NCBI GenBank assembly: GCA_009103225.1
Contig: RHPI01002069.1
Coordinates: 1,069,854 to 1,133,853 of the forward strand
Length of the DNA: 64,000 bases
Source of the DNA: Chlorokybus atmophyticus
Lineage: Eukaryota; Plantae; Mesostigma and Chlorokybus algae
Reading direction: 5' to 3'
Part shown: positions 1 to 13,510 of the stretch, piece after piece
Layout of the letters: each line of letters starts with the position of its first letter
Position numbering within the stretch: the first letter of the stretch is position 1
Program-made: the position numbers and the translations under genes
The notes under the pieces: model-generated
Told to the model about the DNA's origin: nothing
What the model saw: the letters and a program-made list of their open reading frames with translations, nothing else
Databases searched by the model: none

Positions 1-66
1 CGGAGTGATCACTCAAACCCTAACCCTAATCTGCTCTCAGCGGTGTGGTCGGCGGTGCTGGGCGAC

Positions 67-2417
67 ATGGGGCCGGCGGTGGCGTCGTCGGGGGTGTTGA
101 CGTTGAGCGCATCTTTGTCGACATCTTCCGCCGTGACACGCCTTCCAAACACGCGGAGCGGTAAGGAAATCTTTTGCAGGTGGCCTGGATGCAGTATTTT
201 TGCAATGGCGTGAAGTGTCCCTTTGTTGGCTGAACTGCATGCATCTAAGCGCGCTTGTGTATGTAGCACCAGTAATTTTGAAACGCTGTGCGACTCATAC
301 ATCTAAAGGATTGGTGGTCATGGGCACGTTTGTTCAAGTGCGGTCATGCGTTACAGTTATAAGGCAGACACGGATGTTGTTGTGTAGTCCAAACGTCCTG
401 GCAATTGAGTATGCTAACACAAGTGGTGTTACTCACTTCACAGGATGGCAATTTAGATGCTTACCATGCGCGTTGCATTGCTTTCAGAGTTAGTTTTCAG
501 CTGCGTTGCTTCAGGCGAGGGTTTTCTACTGCCTTGAGTTGCACACATGTACACTGATATTGTTCACACCATGTTGGATTAGGTACATGTGAACGAGACA
601 GTCTTGACACTTCCAACACAGAAGCATGTGTCACGGCATGCATTTCCGGCATTGATGCATTTATGTCGCTAGTGCTTGTAGTGCTTTTGAGTGCACACAG
701 GTACACTGACATCCTTCAACTATGTTTAGTAGGGTATACGTGAACAAGACCTAATCACCGTGAAGACTGTCTTCTTATTTTTTTCTTCATACAGTAGCCT
801 GCGTCGCTGCAATTTCGGCATTATTGTCGTTGTGTTGGTAATATGCATATCCGTTGTTTAGCTGAGCGATCTTGCAGGTTCACGTGGAGGGGTTGGTCAT
901 GCGCTAGTGCACACGCCAGTGCGAAGCAGCGCGCGAGGAGGCGGGTTTGTAGGTGATGAAAGGTTGAGTTTGCCCACGTTGCGGACATTGCAACAACACA
1001 GAAGCTCGCGGAAACACCTTGTGATCCAGAATGTAAGCTGTTCTTGTTCACAACATAGTGCTAGTGCATGAGTTCGGATTGTGCCAATGGTATTTGGGTG
1101 ACCAGTTACGCCATCAGCATGAAAGTTTGATTCCAGTAGTGAGCTTCAAGCGCAGTTGGTTGCGAGTAATTCTATGCTACTCTAATGGTATATATATGCT
1201 TTCCGTGTTTGCTACATTCTGCAGGTCATCCCGCAGACGCAAGGGGAGGCGTATACGCAAACACCTCCAGATCTGCCGTCTTATCTTTTCAAGCAGCGCA
1301 TCATCTACCTTGGGATGACGCTGGTGCCCTCAGTGACAGAATTGATTCTAGCGCAGCTGATGTATCTACAATGGGACGACAACAAAAAGCCCATCTACAT
1401 GTACATCAACTCAACGGGTGTACAAAAAGTACGTTTCAAGTTGTACTCCACAGAGGCAGTTTTGGACTGCTGTTGAACCCTTTCATGATCAGGGAGGAGA
1501 GAAGTATGGATTTGAAACGGAGGCATTTGCTATTATTGACACCATCCAGTAAGTTGCAACATTGCGATGAGTGTCTTTGCGTTGTACATGTGCAGGGCAG
1601 GAGTATGTTGTGCTGCCTGTGTCCTTCAGTTGGCAGTCATTGTGGCACATACAGCAGCAACAGGGGGTGACCAATGCTTGCTCTGTTAGGTACATGGCGG
1701 CGCCCATCTACACACTTGCCATTGGTAATGCTTACGGAGAGGCTGCAATGCTCTTGGCGGCTGGTGCAAAGGGCCATCGTGCGGCGCTGCCATCAGCATC
1801 AATTATGATCCGTGAGGTGGGGCAGTGGATATGAGTGTGAATGATTGTGCACGCATGCATCACAATGTGCTGCTTCCTGCCACTTCGAAGCTTCTGCAAG
1901 GGAGAGTTGTCTGTGGTTACTGTTGAAGGGTTTGCTGCTGGGTTGCTAACGCCTTCTTGTGGGTTGCAGCCCATCCAACAATTCAGGGGACAAGCCACAG
2001 ACATCATGACACAGCGCAACCTAATGCGGCAAACCAACAGAGAGATTGTGAGTACTTTTGTCTGGCGACCAACCCATGTCTTGGTTGATGCCATTGGCGT
2101 ATGGTACTTATTCCTGTTTTGCTGCAGGCGCTGCATCTGTCGCAATGCACAGGCCATCCAATTGACAAGATTGCTGCAGACGTGAGGCGACCAAAGTATT
2201 TCACCCCGCATGAAGCCAAGGAGTACGGTCTCATTGACATGGTAATTGATGGTGCCGTGGCTTCAAGTGCTGGCCGCTACAGACTGTTAATCCGGCAGCT
2301 TATGTTTCGCAATTTACATCTGTCTTGTTTCGTATATGCTAGGTGTTGGAGGCTCCAAAGAAGCAACCATACGTTCCTGAAGAACTTCGCGGCGGATATG
2401 CATCAGGTGTCATCTAA
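67..2417 (+). CDS. clpR4: Plastid Clp protease non-catalytic R subunit (ClpR4-like), multi-exon, with N-terminal transit peptide
   Basis: Phase-compatible exons give MGPAVASSGVLTL...(67), GSRGGVGH...VIQN, VIPQTQGEAYTQTPPDLPSYLFKQRIIYLGMTLVPSVTELILAQLMYLQWDDNKKPIYMYINSTG, GGEKYGFETEAFAIIDTI, YMAAPIYTLAIGNAYGEAAMLLAAGAKGHRAALPSASIMI, PIQQFRGQATD, PKYFTPHEAKEYGLIDMV, ending GVI-TAA at 2415-2417. GNAYGEA in place of the catalytic-Ser motif fits the R subunits. The subunit number is from remembered similarity to plant ClpR4. Confidence 0.85.
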
Positions 2418-2738
2418 GCAGATGAGGCTGCTGCTTGCAAGCCTGTACAGAGGCAGGGACCTTGCGTTTTTCGGATTGTGCAGTGAGTAGAGCTCGCGCG
2501 TAGAGTTGAACAAGCAAGTGCTTCAGCCAAGTTGTGTTGTGAGCTGAGTACTGCCAACATTGTGACACCTAGAGTCTTCAGGCCGCATGTCGTTGTGTTT
2601 GCTAAAACACAGAGCTATGAATGGCGTTGAGCAAGGCGTGTTGGTTACATTATTTGGTAACCATAGAAGCAATGTGCTGTCCTAAAGAACTCTTTACAAA
2701 TCGTACGCAGCAGCTACAGCTCAGACCTGCAGCTGTGT

Positions 2739-4361
2739 CTATGAGTTGACGCAGCTTTCATATGTGGGTACCATGTACTTGATGTTGATGAAGGCGTCCT
2801 CACCTCCGCGCTCCTCAAATAGCTCCAAGCACCTCTGCACCAGCTCCCCAATGTTCTTGTTCTTCTGCTGGGCATAGTCAATGCAGTCACCGATGTTCTT
2901 GTCGTTGGACTTGAACAGGTTCAGGACTGGCAGTATTTGCCTGTAGTATGGCACCAGCGCCTCTCCCACAAGCTCTTCACTCTCCACCAGCTTCATCAGC
3001 AACTGTGGCAAAGGAGTCAACAGTCAGCAGGTGATTGGCCCATGAGGACACGTGTTGCGCGCTTCACGGTTTGTGCGTTGTTAAAGTGTTGAACCGGTAC
3101 CTGCAGTGTGATGGTAATGACAGATGGGTCCCTGGTGTTGAGAGCTGTCTTGATCGGAATGATAAGCTGTGGCACAACGGGTAGCACTTTGCCGCGGCCT
3201 GCCCTGAGCATGTCCTCAACACCCTGTTAGATTGGGTCTGTCAGCAGTCAATATGGTGCAAGATACTGCAGTGGAACTTTGTCAACACTGAGCTGCCCTG
3301 AAAGTTTGTATGAGGCACGTATATGCCATGTCACTCACCTTCACTGCAAGGAACCGATAAGGCTCTTCCTTCTCGCGGATGCCGTCAAAGAATATGGGCA
3401 AGTAGTGGTGGTAGTCGAGCTTGGAGACCTCCACCTGTTAACATGAAACCAACGGTTCGCTTATCTATCATTCCTGTCACTGTACTTGTCGTCATACGGT
3501 AGTGTAGACCCAATTTTACAGACAGTGCACAGCAGCGACGCACCGCAGCTTATTGCGAGTGCATATTCCCTTCCTTGACTCAACTAATGTCTCACCTTCC
3601 AGCTGATGACGTTCTTCACACCCTTGTGCTCCACCGCCACCGGCAGGTCCCCCCTCTCATAGAACTTGCGGAACTGAACATACACAGTAGTGTGGTAATG
3701 TTTGTTACAGTAGCGAATAGATTAGTAGTTGAGCTTAGCCCGGTGATTGTGTGTGGTGACGTAAGAAATGACTGTGCTGGTGAGTATACTGGTCACGGCC
3801 TGTGCTGGTTGTTGCATAAGCACGCATAAATTCCTACGCATCTCCTATACACACACTAACTCAACCTAGTGTCCTACGCATTTCCTAAATACACACCAAC
3901 TCGACCTCTCAACCCCACTGCACCAACACCCACAACAGTGCGCACACCCCACCCCCGCCTACCTGCGTATTGGGCGGGTTGTCCCTCTGCTTGAACGCTC
4001 CCGCCTTGGGCGGCGCCACCGCCTTGGTTGGCACCTGCTTCATCTCCCCCGCCTTAACCTTCTCTCCATCTCCCTTCTTCACAAAGCTCTTCGGGTCCGG
4101 TTTCGGCGATGGCCACCTGTACGTCCCGTCGCAGGCGTAGTAGGGGAGGTCCTCTTCCTTCACGTGGAGAGGCGGGTGAGCGCCGGCGCGACGGGAAGAA
4201 GAGACGGGAGCGGTCTGGTCGAAGGGGGAACCGGTTTGGGGAGCGCGAGGGTGAGCGGCGTTGGCGGAGACGCCGCCTTTACCGCCGTTGCCGCGGATCT
4301 TGGTCTCGCAGTATTCCCAGACGAAGAGTTGGCCAGCGACGTCACCCGCCAACCCAGACAT
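2739..4361 (-). CDS. PACRG: Parkin co-regulated gene protein (axonemal inner-junction protein), multi-exon
   Basis: [13 protein letters not shown]... (ATG 4361), [109 protein letters not shown] are all hallmark PACRG motifs. Confidence 0.95.
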
Positions 4362-5285
4362 TGTGCTCTCTGTCTCTTCACCCAAGCCAACTGCACCAGA
4401 CTCTGCTACCTTACAAACACCCTACACACTCGTGCACGCACACACCCACACACCCACACACACGCACACACGCACGCCCAAACACACGCCTGGAGTGCTC
4501 TCTCCCTGTGTGTCTCATTCTACGCTCCCCACCTCGCTGCTGCCTGCCTCCTCCTGTCGGTGTGGTTGTGCGTGTGTTTGTGGTGACTGCTATCCCCAAC
4601 CTAGGTTAGGTTACACTACTCTCTTCTCCTCCCGCACTGTAGTCAATGTGTATGTGTGCATGCACCCCAGCAGCATGACGTGCTCGCCTATACGCCTATT
4701 CAGCTATTTCTGGCTTTGACCAATGGCACAGGGAGCCTTAGCTCACGTGACCCGCGCACAGCGCTGTGCGATTGCGCACAAGATCAACTCACTTGTGCCA
4801 ACATCGCACAACACCGCACAAGGCACATCGCAACTGTAAAAAGGTCGGAAAACAGGGAAGCCGAGATGGGCTTCGCTACATCTCTGACTACTGAACTCCA
4901 ATTCGGCTTGTGATCGAACCGACGCTGCTATCTCCGCTATCTTTGACCGCCGCTGAGTGACGCCATAATGGCTGCGTGCTTGCGCGTTGTTCATCCAGTA
5001 GCGAGCGAAAAGCGGAAATGAGCGGTAAGGGCGGCTAATTAAGCGAGAAAAGGCGCTGCCCTAACCGTCTGGTAAGAGTTTTGTTTTGGGCGCGGACGTT
5101 GCCGTTGTTGCTGCGGGCGTAGGTGTTGTTGTCGTGGTGGGCGGCTGGGGGCAATCTCTTTGCACAGGAAGCAGGGGCGCTGGCTAATTTCCCTGTGACT
5201 GAATTGTCCTAGCTGAGGGTTGCCTTTGCGGGCTAGGCTGGGCTGGGCTGGGCTGGGGGAGGCTTTGTCCACCACTGCTTGAGCA

Positions 5286-6880
<1,595 letters not shown>

Positions 6881-7370
6881 ACTGTACGTCTAGATGGTAC
6901 TATAGCTACCTGTCTCCCAACAGCTGTACTGATTGTATAGGATATTGCCAAAAGCTCAATACTGGCACAACCAACATGTGCCATCAATATCACCACGTGG
7001 ATCATGCGTTCTGTTGCGTTTGCTTATGATTGGCAGGCAGACACTTACACAATGGCATGCTCGCACTTTGATTTGCAGCTGGCACCGAGCAACTTTGCAC
7101 TGCACGTGTCTCATTAACAGAAGTTCGTGATTTGCACATGACCTTACAGGTCCGTGTGGCGCAGAAGCTGTATTGAGAGTGTCATGATTGCAAAGAGTAT
7201 TGAGGGGTGCCAATGGTTGACTGACTTGCCATGGAATTTGTCGGTGACAGCATCTGCGCGGGATCACCTGAGCATAAGATAATATGATTCTCACAGTGCA
7301 GGTAATTCTATAAACTGTGCAGATGCAAGAAACCATGTTACTATATTGCACACTTACTCTCCATTGCACA

Positions 7371-7914
7371 CAACCCCACCACCCAACCCCACCACCCAAC
7401 CCCACCGCAGCACCTGACTGCCACTGGCACCCCAACCCCTAGCACACTGCACTGGCAGGACTAGCGGCATTGAACCACTACTGCCCGTGAGGGCGAGTCG
7501 CGGCAGGCATGCCAGCAGTAGCATACTGCTGACGTAGGCGATGCAACCCTGGCTGCGTCAACAGCAGCACGTAGTGCAAGGAGCGCACGTACTGCAAGCA
7601 GGGAGGCGGCAGGAAAGAGGCGGAGAGAGAGGGAGACAGAGGAGGGGGAGTCCGTCTGCTGTCTGCTACTGCTACCGCTCAGCCTCACCCGGTGCCTAAC
7701 TGTTTGAATCGCCATGGTGTACAGGTAACTACGCATGCATGTTGACTAACGGGGCAAGGGCTTAGCGAAGGTAGCTTCCTAGTATGTATAGGTAGCCCGG
7801 TGGTGTAACAAGTTGTTGTTTGCTGGCGTGTGCGAGTGCGCTTGTGTTTGCATGTGTCATGCATGTGCACAATGCAATGGGGTCACATGCATAGCATTGC
7901 ATATACGCTACACA
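7371..7914 (+). repeat. 5' pseudo-LTR of the Penelope-like element
   Basis: Matches 11155-11685 with only about 4 substitutions by eye. Starts in CCAACCCCACCAC repeats (one extra unit here) and ends at CATATACGCTACACAC. Confidence 0.92.
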
Positions 7915-8203
7915 CACTGCCCTGGTTGGTCAGTCCGACCGTCCCAAGCCAGAGGCCAGCCCAGCGCGCTTGCGCCATTTTGGGTAAGCGGCTGGCTACC
8001 CTATGCTACGGCATGGGTTCGTGCATGACACACATGCGTTGTGTTTGACGGATGGTCATGGGTGTGGGTGTGCTGTACGTGGTGAGTGCTTGACCGGGAG
8101 CACTCTGCATGTGGAATTACTTTAGTTGGCCAGTGTATGGTTAGCTGCAAGTAGTGCCCACCCCGTTGGCTCATACATAGCAGTGCTACAAGGGAGCAGC
8201 GCC

Positions 8204-8866
8204 ATGGCGTCACCGACATGGGATTGGCAGAACATCAAGGCTCGTGTGTTGGATGTGCATGGGCATTGGCAGCTGCCAGTGTTGAGGAGGCTACGCAAGC
8301 GAGTCCTACACATTTTGCACACACCCTGGCGCCTGTCACCTACTGAAGACGACCACGTCATTTACGTCATCTACCTTCTGACTGGTTCAAAGAAGTGTTA
8401 CGTTGGCATGACAGTGAATTCGGCATTTCAGCGGTTCCAAGGACATTGGAGAGCTGCACAGCATGCTACTGCTACGTTGCTGGAACAAACCATGTGCAAG
8501 ATACCGGTGCAGTCGTGGGGAGTGTCACCGGTGGAGCACATCCCGCCCTTGCCCAATGAAACCAACGATGATTGGCACCACCGTGCTGCACAGAAGGAGT
8601 GGTTGTGGACCCAGCGTTTGCGTACGCACGTGCCTCGCGGATACAATGTGGAACATAGCCCCTACAAAAGTGCAAGACTACCACACTGGAGACGCCAACA
8701 GTTGAAGAGGCCACCGCAACCACGGCCACATGAACGACCTGGCAAAATATTTGGCTACAGAGATTTCTTCAGGCGCATCCAGAGACTGGCTGAGCGTGTA
8801 CAACAACAACGCCTGACTCTGGCAAGTCTGCTCAAGTTCAAGCAGCGAACTTGTGCAAAATGTTAA
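8204..8866 (+). CDS. GIY-YIG endonuclease part of the Penelope-like element
   Basis: ATG in GCCATGG context at 8204. IYVIYLLTGSKKCYVGMTVNSAFQRFQGHW and E-WLWTQRLRTHVPRGYN motifs. Short spacer with no CCHH insertion. Confidence 0.88.
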   Translation: MASPTWDWQNIKARVLDVHGHWQLPVLRRLRKRVLHILHTPWRLSPTEDDHVIYVIYLLTGSKKCYVGMTVNSAFQRFQGHWRAAQHATATLLEQTMCKIPVQSWGVSPVEHIPPLPNETNDDWHHRAAQKEWLWTQRLRTHVPRGYNVEHSPYKSARLPHWRRQQLKRPPQPRPHERPGKIFGYRDFFRRIQRLAERVQQQRLTLASLLKFKQRTCAKC

Positions 8867-11043
8867 ACGTACTACAACATACAGCACCACAAGACCTGCA
8901 CGTGCTGCCCAGTCATGCTGCAACACTCAAAGAAGCCCTGCAGCGTCTACTAGCCAACTACCCAACTGCATTGCCGCAAACCCGCAATGCCAGGTTGCTG
9001 ATAGCATGCCCGTTTGCGAATGGCGATGCTGAGGAACTACAGCTACAAAAACTGCTGTCACACCCCTTGCTGCTGGCAACGCTGCCTGCACACCTGCAAG
9101 CACGCCTGGGCCAACCACTAGTGGTATGGCGTTGTAGTCAAACGGTGGGAAGAATGCTGTGCAATCGCACAAGGGAGCTCCTGACATCAACCGCCCTGCA
9201 GCAAGTACACATCATGTCGGCTGCGCAGTGTGTGTGTCAACAACCCAAGTGGAGAACACAGCTGCATGCAGATCTGCATCATGTAGTGAGCTGTGATTAC
9301 AACCGTGTGACATGCTCGGACGTGCTGCGCACCATACTGCAGCGTGGGGCCAAGTTTCGGAGCCAGGTGCCGGCTGACGTCGCCGTGTGTTGGCCAGCAA
9401 TCACATCAGCGGTGTCGAGTTTTGCAAGTGACCTGGAGGAGAAGTGGGGCCAACCTTTCGTGCTACAACAGTGGGTAACAACATTGTTGTCGCTGGTACG
9501 CCAACGTGCGGATGCCATTGCCGCAATGCCTGAGTACCAGAGACAAAGCCAGGCACCAGATACTGTGGCGCCGTGGGATGCTGCAGCTTTGAAGCTCTTG
9601 CACCGTGACTTTATCATTACGGAAGTTGACAAGTGCACCGGCACTCTGGTGGCGGTCTGCAAGAAACATTATTGGCTGTGCTTGACACAAGAGCTGATGA
9701 CAGAGACATATGAACGTGAAGATGCACCAGCCCAAGCAGTGCTGCAACGGCATGCACAATGGAATCAACAGCACAACTACTGTACAGCGAAATTGCGCCA
9801 ACAGCCCAAGCTACCGCACTTGTACCTGTTGTTTAAGCTGCACAAGAATCCGCCTCAGCCGCGCTTCATAGCAGCGGCGCGTGACACTTCGCTGGCGGAT
9901 GCTAGTGTGTGGCTGAGCAGAGGCTATCAATGTATGACACCTATTTGGCATCAGCTGTGGGAGGAAGTAGTGGGACTGCCAGCAATACAGCACAACTGGA
10001 TTATGAAGGATTCAGGCGCTTTTGGGAGACTGCAAACGGCATTGAACACCACACGCACGCTGCGAGACAAGCGCCAGCATTTGGTACTGCGCACTTTTGA
10101 CTTCTCCACCCTGTATACACGCATACGGCACAGCGATTTACTCCAGCGCATGCGCCGCTTGGTAGATGCCACGTTTCACATGCAGCACCAAAGGACCCGT
10201 GCTACACACTTGCACTTGACCGTGAAACAAGATGGCTCCGTACAGCACCATTGGACAGCAGCAGCACAGTACCGAACGGATGAGGAGGGCCATTGGCGAA
10301 CATTCACTGCTGCGTCCATGCATGAAGTACTGGCGTTTGTGTTGGACAACTTGTTTATACGCACGGCGAGTGATGAGCTGTACAAGCAGCGCGTGGGCAT
10401 CCCCATGGGCAATAGTGCGGGCGTACACTTAGCCAACGGAGACTTGTTAACATATGAGTTGGAGTTTATGCAGCGCTTGCGTCAGCAGGGACACGTACAA
10501 CTGTTGCAACAATGTGCCAACGGCATCTTGCGCTACATTGATGATCTGTTTGTCGTGGGAGTACCAGATTTTCAGCAACTGCTGTACATGGATCCGCATG
10601 TGCCCGGAGGAGGCTTGTACCCGCAAGACAGCCTCACCGTCACACAAACAGCTGTGGGTACAAAACTGCCATTTTTGGACTTGGAGGTGTTTCAAACTGA
10701 GGACGGCATCTGCACCAAACTGTACAGTAAACGAGACTTGCCAGCCTACTCCGCTATACCGTGCCACCGCGCGCCGTTGCCAACCTCGAACACCCCACGC
10801 GCTGTGCAGCTGGGTGTCATCAGCTCGCAGTATGCGCGCTTCACCCGCGTTTGCACATACAGAGCACACTTCCTCACAGCCATGACGGACTTATTGCACG
10901 CCATGCAACATGATGGACACCCTTTGAACAAGCTGCTGACTACCCTGAGGCAACGCCTACTGCGCAGCAAGGACTATGTTTACTGTACACCACCAATGCT
11001 GTTGTACATGATGGTGGTGAAGAAAGTCAAGCAGCAACCATAA
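8860..11043 (+). CDS. CxC linker plus reverse transcriptase of the Penelope-like element (different frame from the endonuclease)
   Basis: AQCVCQQP linker, LQRGAKFR, EVDKCTGTLVAVCKKHY, LYLLFKLHKNPPQPRFIA, TFDFSTLYTRI (motif A), QRVGIPMGNSAG (B'), RYIDDL (C), LPFLDL, TKLYSK. The frame is open from 8794 to 11043. Confidence 0.93.
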   Translation: MLNVLQHTAPQDLHVLPSHAATLKEALQRLLANYPTALPQTRNARLLIACPFANGDAEELQLQKLLSHPLLLATLPAHLQARLGQPLVVWRCSQTVGRMLCNRTRELLTSTALQQVHIMSAAQCVCQQPKWRTQLHADLHHVVSCDYNRVTCSDVLRTILQRGAKFRSQVPADVAVCWPAITSAVSSFASDLEEKWGQPFVLQQWVTTLLSLVRQRADAIAAMPEYQRQSQAPDTVAPWDAAALKLLHRDFIITEVDKCTGTLVAVCKKHYWLCLTQELMTETYEREDAPAQAVLQRHAQWNQQHNYCTAKLRQQPKLPHLYLLFKLHKNPPQPRFIAAARDTSLADASVWLSRGYQCMTPIWHQLWEEVVGLPAIQHNWIMKDSGAFGRLQTALNTTRTLRDKRQHLVLRTFDFSTLYTRIRHSDLLQRMRRLVDATFHMQHQRTRATHLHLTVKQDGSVQHHWTAAAQYRTDEEGHWRTFTAASMHEVLAFVLDNLFIRTASDELYKQRVGIPMGNSAGVHLANGDLLTYELEFMQRLRQQGHVQLLQQCANGILRYIDDLFVVGVPDFQQLLYMDPHVPGGGLYPQDSLTVTQTAVGTKLPFLDLEVFQTEDGICTKLYSKRDLPAYSAIPCHRAPLPTSNTPRAVQLGVISSQYARFTRVCTYRAHFLTAMTDLLHAMQHDGHPLNKLLTTLRQRLLRSKDYVYCTPPMLLYMMVVKKVKQQP

Positions 11044-11154
11044 CGCTGACGACACAGTGCATCTGCCGGCGTTACACACTGCTGGACAAGCATCATGCGC
11101 GGGGAGCAAGCTGCATGGTAATAGCAGCTTGCCCGTGCGAAGGACGTGTCACTC

Positions 11155-11685
11155 CAACCCCACCACCCAACCCCACCGCAGCACCTGACTGCCACTGGCA
11201 CCCCAACCCCTAGCACACTGCACTGGCAGGACTAGCGGCATTGAACCACTACTGCCCGTGAGGGCGAGTCGCGGCAGGCATGCCAGCAGTAGCATACTGC
11301 TGACGTAGGCGATGCAACCCTGGCTGCGTCAACAGCAGCACGTAGTGCAAGGAGCGCACGTACTGCAAGCAGGGAGGCGGCAGGAAAGAGGCGGAGAGAG
11401 AGGGAGACAGAGAAGGGGGAGTCCGTCTGCTGTCTGCTACTGCTACCGCTCAGCCTCACCCGGTGCCTAACTGTTTGAATCGCCATTGTGTACAGGTAAC
11501 TACGCATGCATGTTGACTAACGGGGCAAGGGCTTAGCGAAGGTAGCTTCCTAGTATGTATAGGTAGCCCGGTGGTGTAACAAGTTGTGGTTTGCTGGCGT
11601 GTGCGAGTGCGCTTGTGTTTGCATGTGTCATGCATGTGCACAATGCAATGGGGTCACTTGCATAGCATTGCATATACGCTACACA
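11155..11685 (+). repeat. 3' pseudo-LTR of the Penelope-like element
   Basis: Direct repeat of 7385-7914. The ORF track shows near-identical peptides at 7461-7736 and 11232-11507. Confidence 0.92.
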
Positions 11686-13510
11686 CTCACAATGACACTC
11701 ACACGACCAGGCCACTACAAAACTGCTCCAGGTATTGCAATACACCCTCACTATGCCATAGCAATGGTACATGTAACAACATGGCACTCGGCTGCTGCTA
11801 CGATGCTGTGTTGTTGATGGTTGATCATAGGAAGGGGCGGGTGTGGTAGGTGCAGAATTTGTGTTTGCTTGCCATATCTGACTGCAAGCTGACTGCGAGT
11901 GCGATGGCAATTGCACGCGTCGCCAAGCACACTGCATCCCCTCAGGAGCCTGTGCTGTATTGCGCATGTACTGAGCCGTCCGGGCTGCGCTGCCAGCAAA
12001 ATGCAAGCGCGTATACTCTGCCCTGCATGCTAGCCTACCTTAGCCTACCTACCTTGCTGCATTTAGGGTTGTCTCTTCGGTTTGGTTGTTTGAGCCACCT
12101 TGAGGCCTCTTAACAGTGAGTGTTGTTTGTTTAGGATCACCGCAACATACATGCAGGCCAAATAAACCCGAATGTTGTTCTTTCTTCTCTCGGACCATCT
12201 GAGGGATAGGTCATTCAAGATAGTTCCAACGCACTTCAACATCAGCGTTATCCCGACCAAATAACATGGGCAAGTACCACATACAACAACTTATATCAAA
12301 ACATACAGCGAGCTGATGATCTCCCTATCGTCCTAACCTAGCCCTACGAACATAACCACACGCACAAGTGTGCAGCCACCCGTGCGCGATACCAGATCTA
12401 TGGTGGCTTGGATGCTGGCTTTTCCCTAATGCTGCTTGAAAAGCGACCAACCTCTCCATAAAATGTCTGCAACCCTTTGCACCCTACAATGCATGCAATG
12501 TGCCATGAGGGGCACGCCCTCGGCTGCGAGAACACCATGGCTGCTGGTACCAGCATGATGCACATCACAGAGCTCATTAGAAACAGTTGTTCGACAAGCT
12601 TGTCAATGTCAGTTACGGCATCAGCACAACAACAACAGGCCCCATCAGAATGCATGCAACATCACCAGAGACGTGACCAGAACTGCAGCATGAGACAGTG
12701 AGCATGATACGTGTGCGTGTGCGAACGCGTGAGTGTATGAAGTGCACGCTTGCGTCTGGGTTTATGCCCAGGACGGGGCGAGGAGGAGGGCAGACACGAG
12801 GGGTGCTTTCTAGCTGTCAACAACAGGAACACCGGGTGAAACATACTGGCTCCGCCCCAAACCACACTAACACCGCCACTCTACCCCATCTAACCAAGCA
12901 AGAATCCACCGGCAGGGCCTCCTTCACACGAACACCAAAACACAAGCCGCTCGCTCCCGCAGCAAGTCTCCCGCTTGCTCTTCAGGTCGTATCACGTCCA
13001 TGGTCATTCTCATCCCTCCTCTACCTACCTCTACACACTCAAGCCTACGATGGTTTCGCCGCCGGAGTACCGCACACGTCACGACAAGATCTGCCACCAC
13101 TGCCAGTCGCTCAGTACCCTTGCCTCAAAACGGGTCACCCCTGACGCGGGAATCGGACTGACCGACCGTCTGAACGCGGTGGTTGGGTCATTTTGCTCGC
13201 CCTGTTTAACGCTTTGGCAGAGGGATTGGCTGCTATCTGGTGGGCTACAGACCTGCCAGCTGGCGGGATGGCAGACGCGGTGGACTGCACTCACCGTACT
13301 GGCTGCGGTGGTGGAGAGTGTGTCGGGGAGACTGGTCAGTTAGTCGGACAAGTTGAGCTGGGCTGGAGGAGCGCAGTGCAGGCCTCCTCTGGTCTGGTGG
13401 CCTGGTAGTCCATCTGTGGGCTGCTACAGCTAGGCCTGCTGGACGCTGGTCTAGTGGCCTGGTTTCAAGCGCTTACACCGACGCTGCGCCACAGGTAAGA
13501 CGAGTAACAC

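Larger units (their letters stand above)
7371..11685 (+). mobile_element. Penelope-like retroelement with N-terminal GIY-YIG endonuclease, CxC linker and C-terminal RT (Chlamys/Naiad-type), bounded by pseudo-LTRs
   Basis: Near-identical ~530-bp direct repeats (offset 3771 bp) flank the GIY-YIG and RT coding regions. RT motifs are PLE/telomerase-like rather than LINE- or LTR-like. No gag, integrase or RNase H is seen. Confidence 0.9.

Noticed and set aside
16-31. AAACCCTAACCCTAA telomere-like motif (similar short motifs near 33888 and 42463)
   Set aside because: Only about two units; too short to call an interstitial telomere.
5018-5038. ATG AGC GGT AAG GGC GGC (MSGKGG), resembling a histone N-terminus or a centrin start
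   Set aside because: It stops after six codons and the splice phase is incompatible with centrin exon 2.
8862-8868. GTTAAAC arterivirus-like slippery heptamer
   Set aside because: It is phased to the downstream frame, not the upstream one, so it cannot act as a standard tandem -1 slip site.
11046-11150. Canonical hammerhead ribozyme in the PLE 3' region
   Set aside because: GAAA is absent (GAAG instead) and stems I and III cannot be formed.
12975-13408. ORFs upstream of ENT, including an RTRHDKICHH motif resembling RLE LINEs
   Set aside because: No supporting zinc knuckle or nuclease motifs; probably UTR or intergenic.
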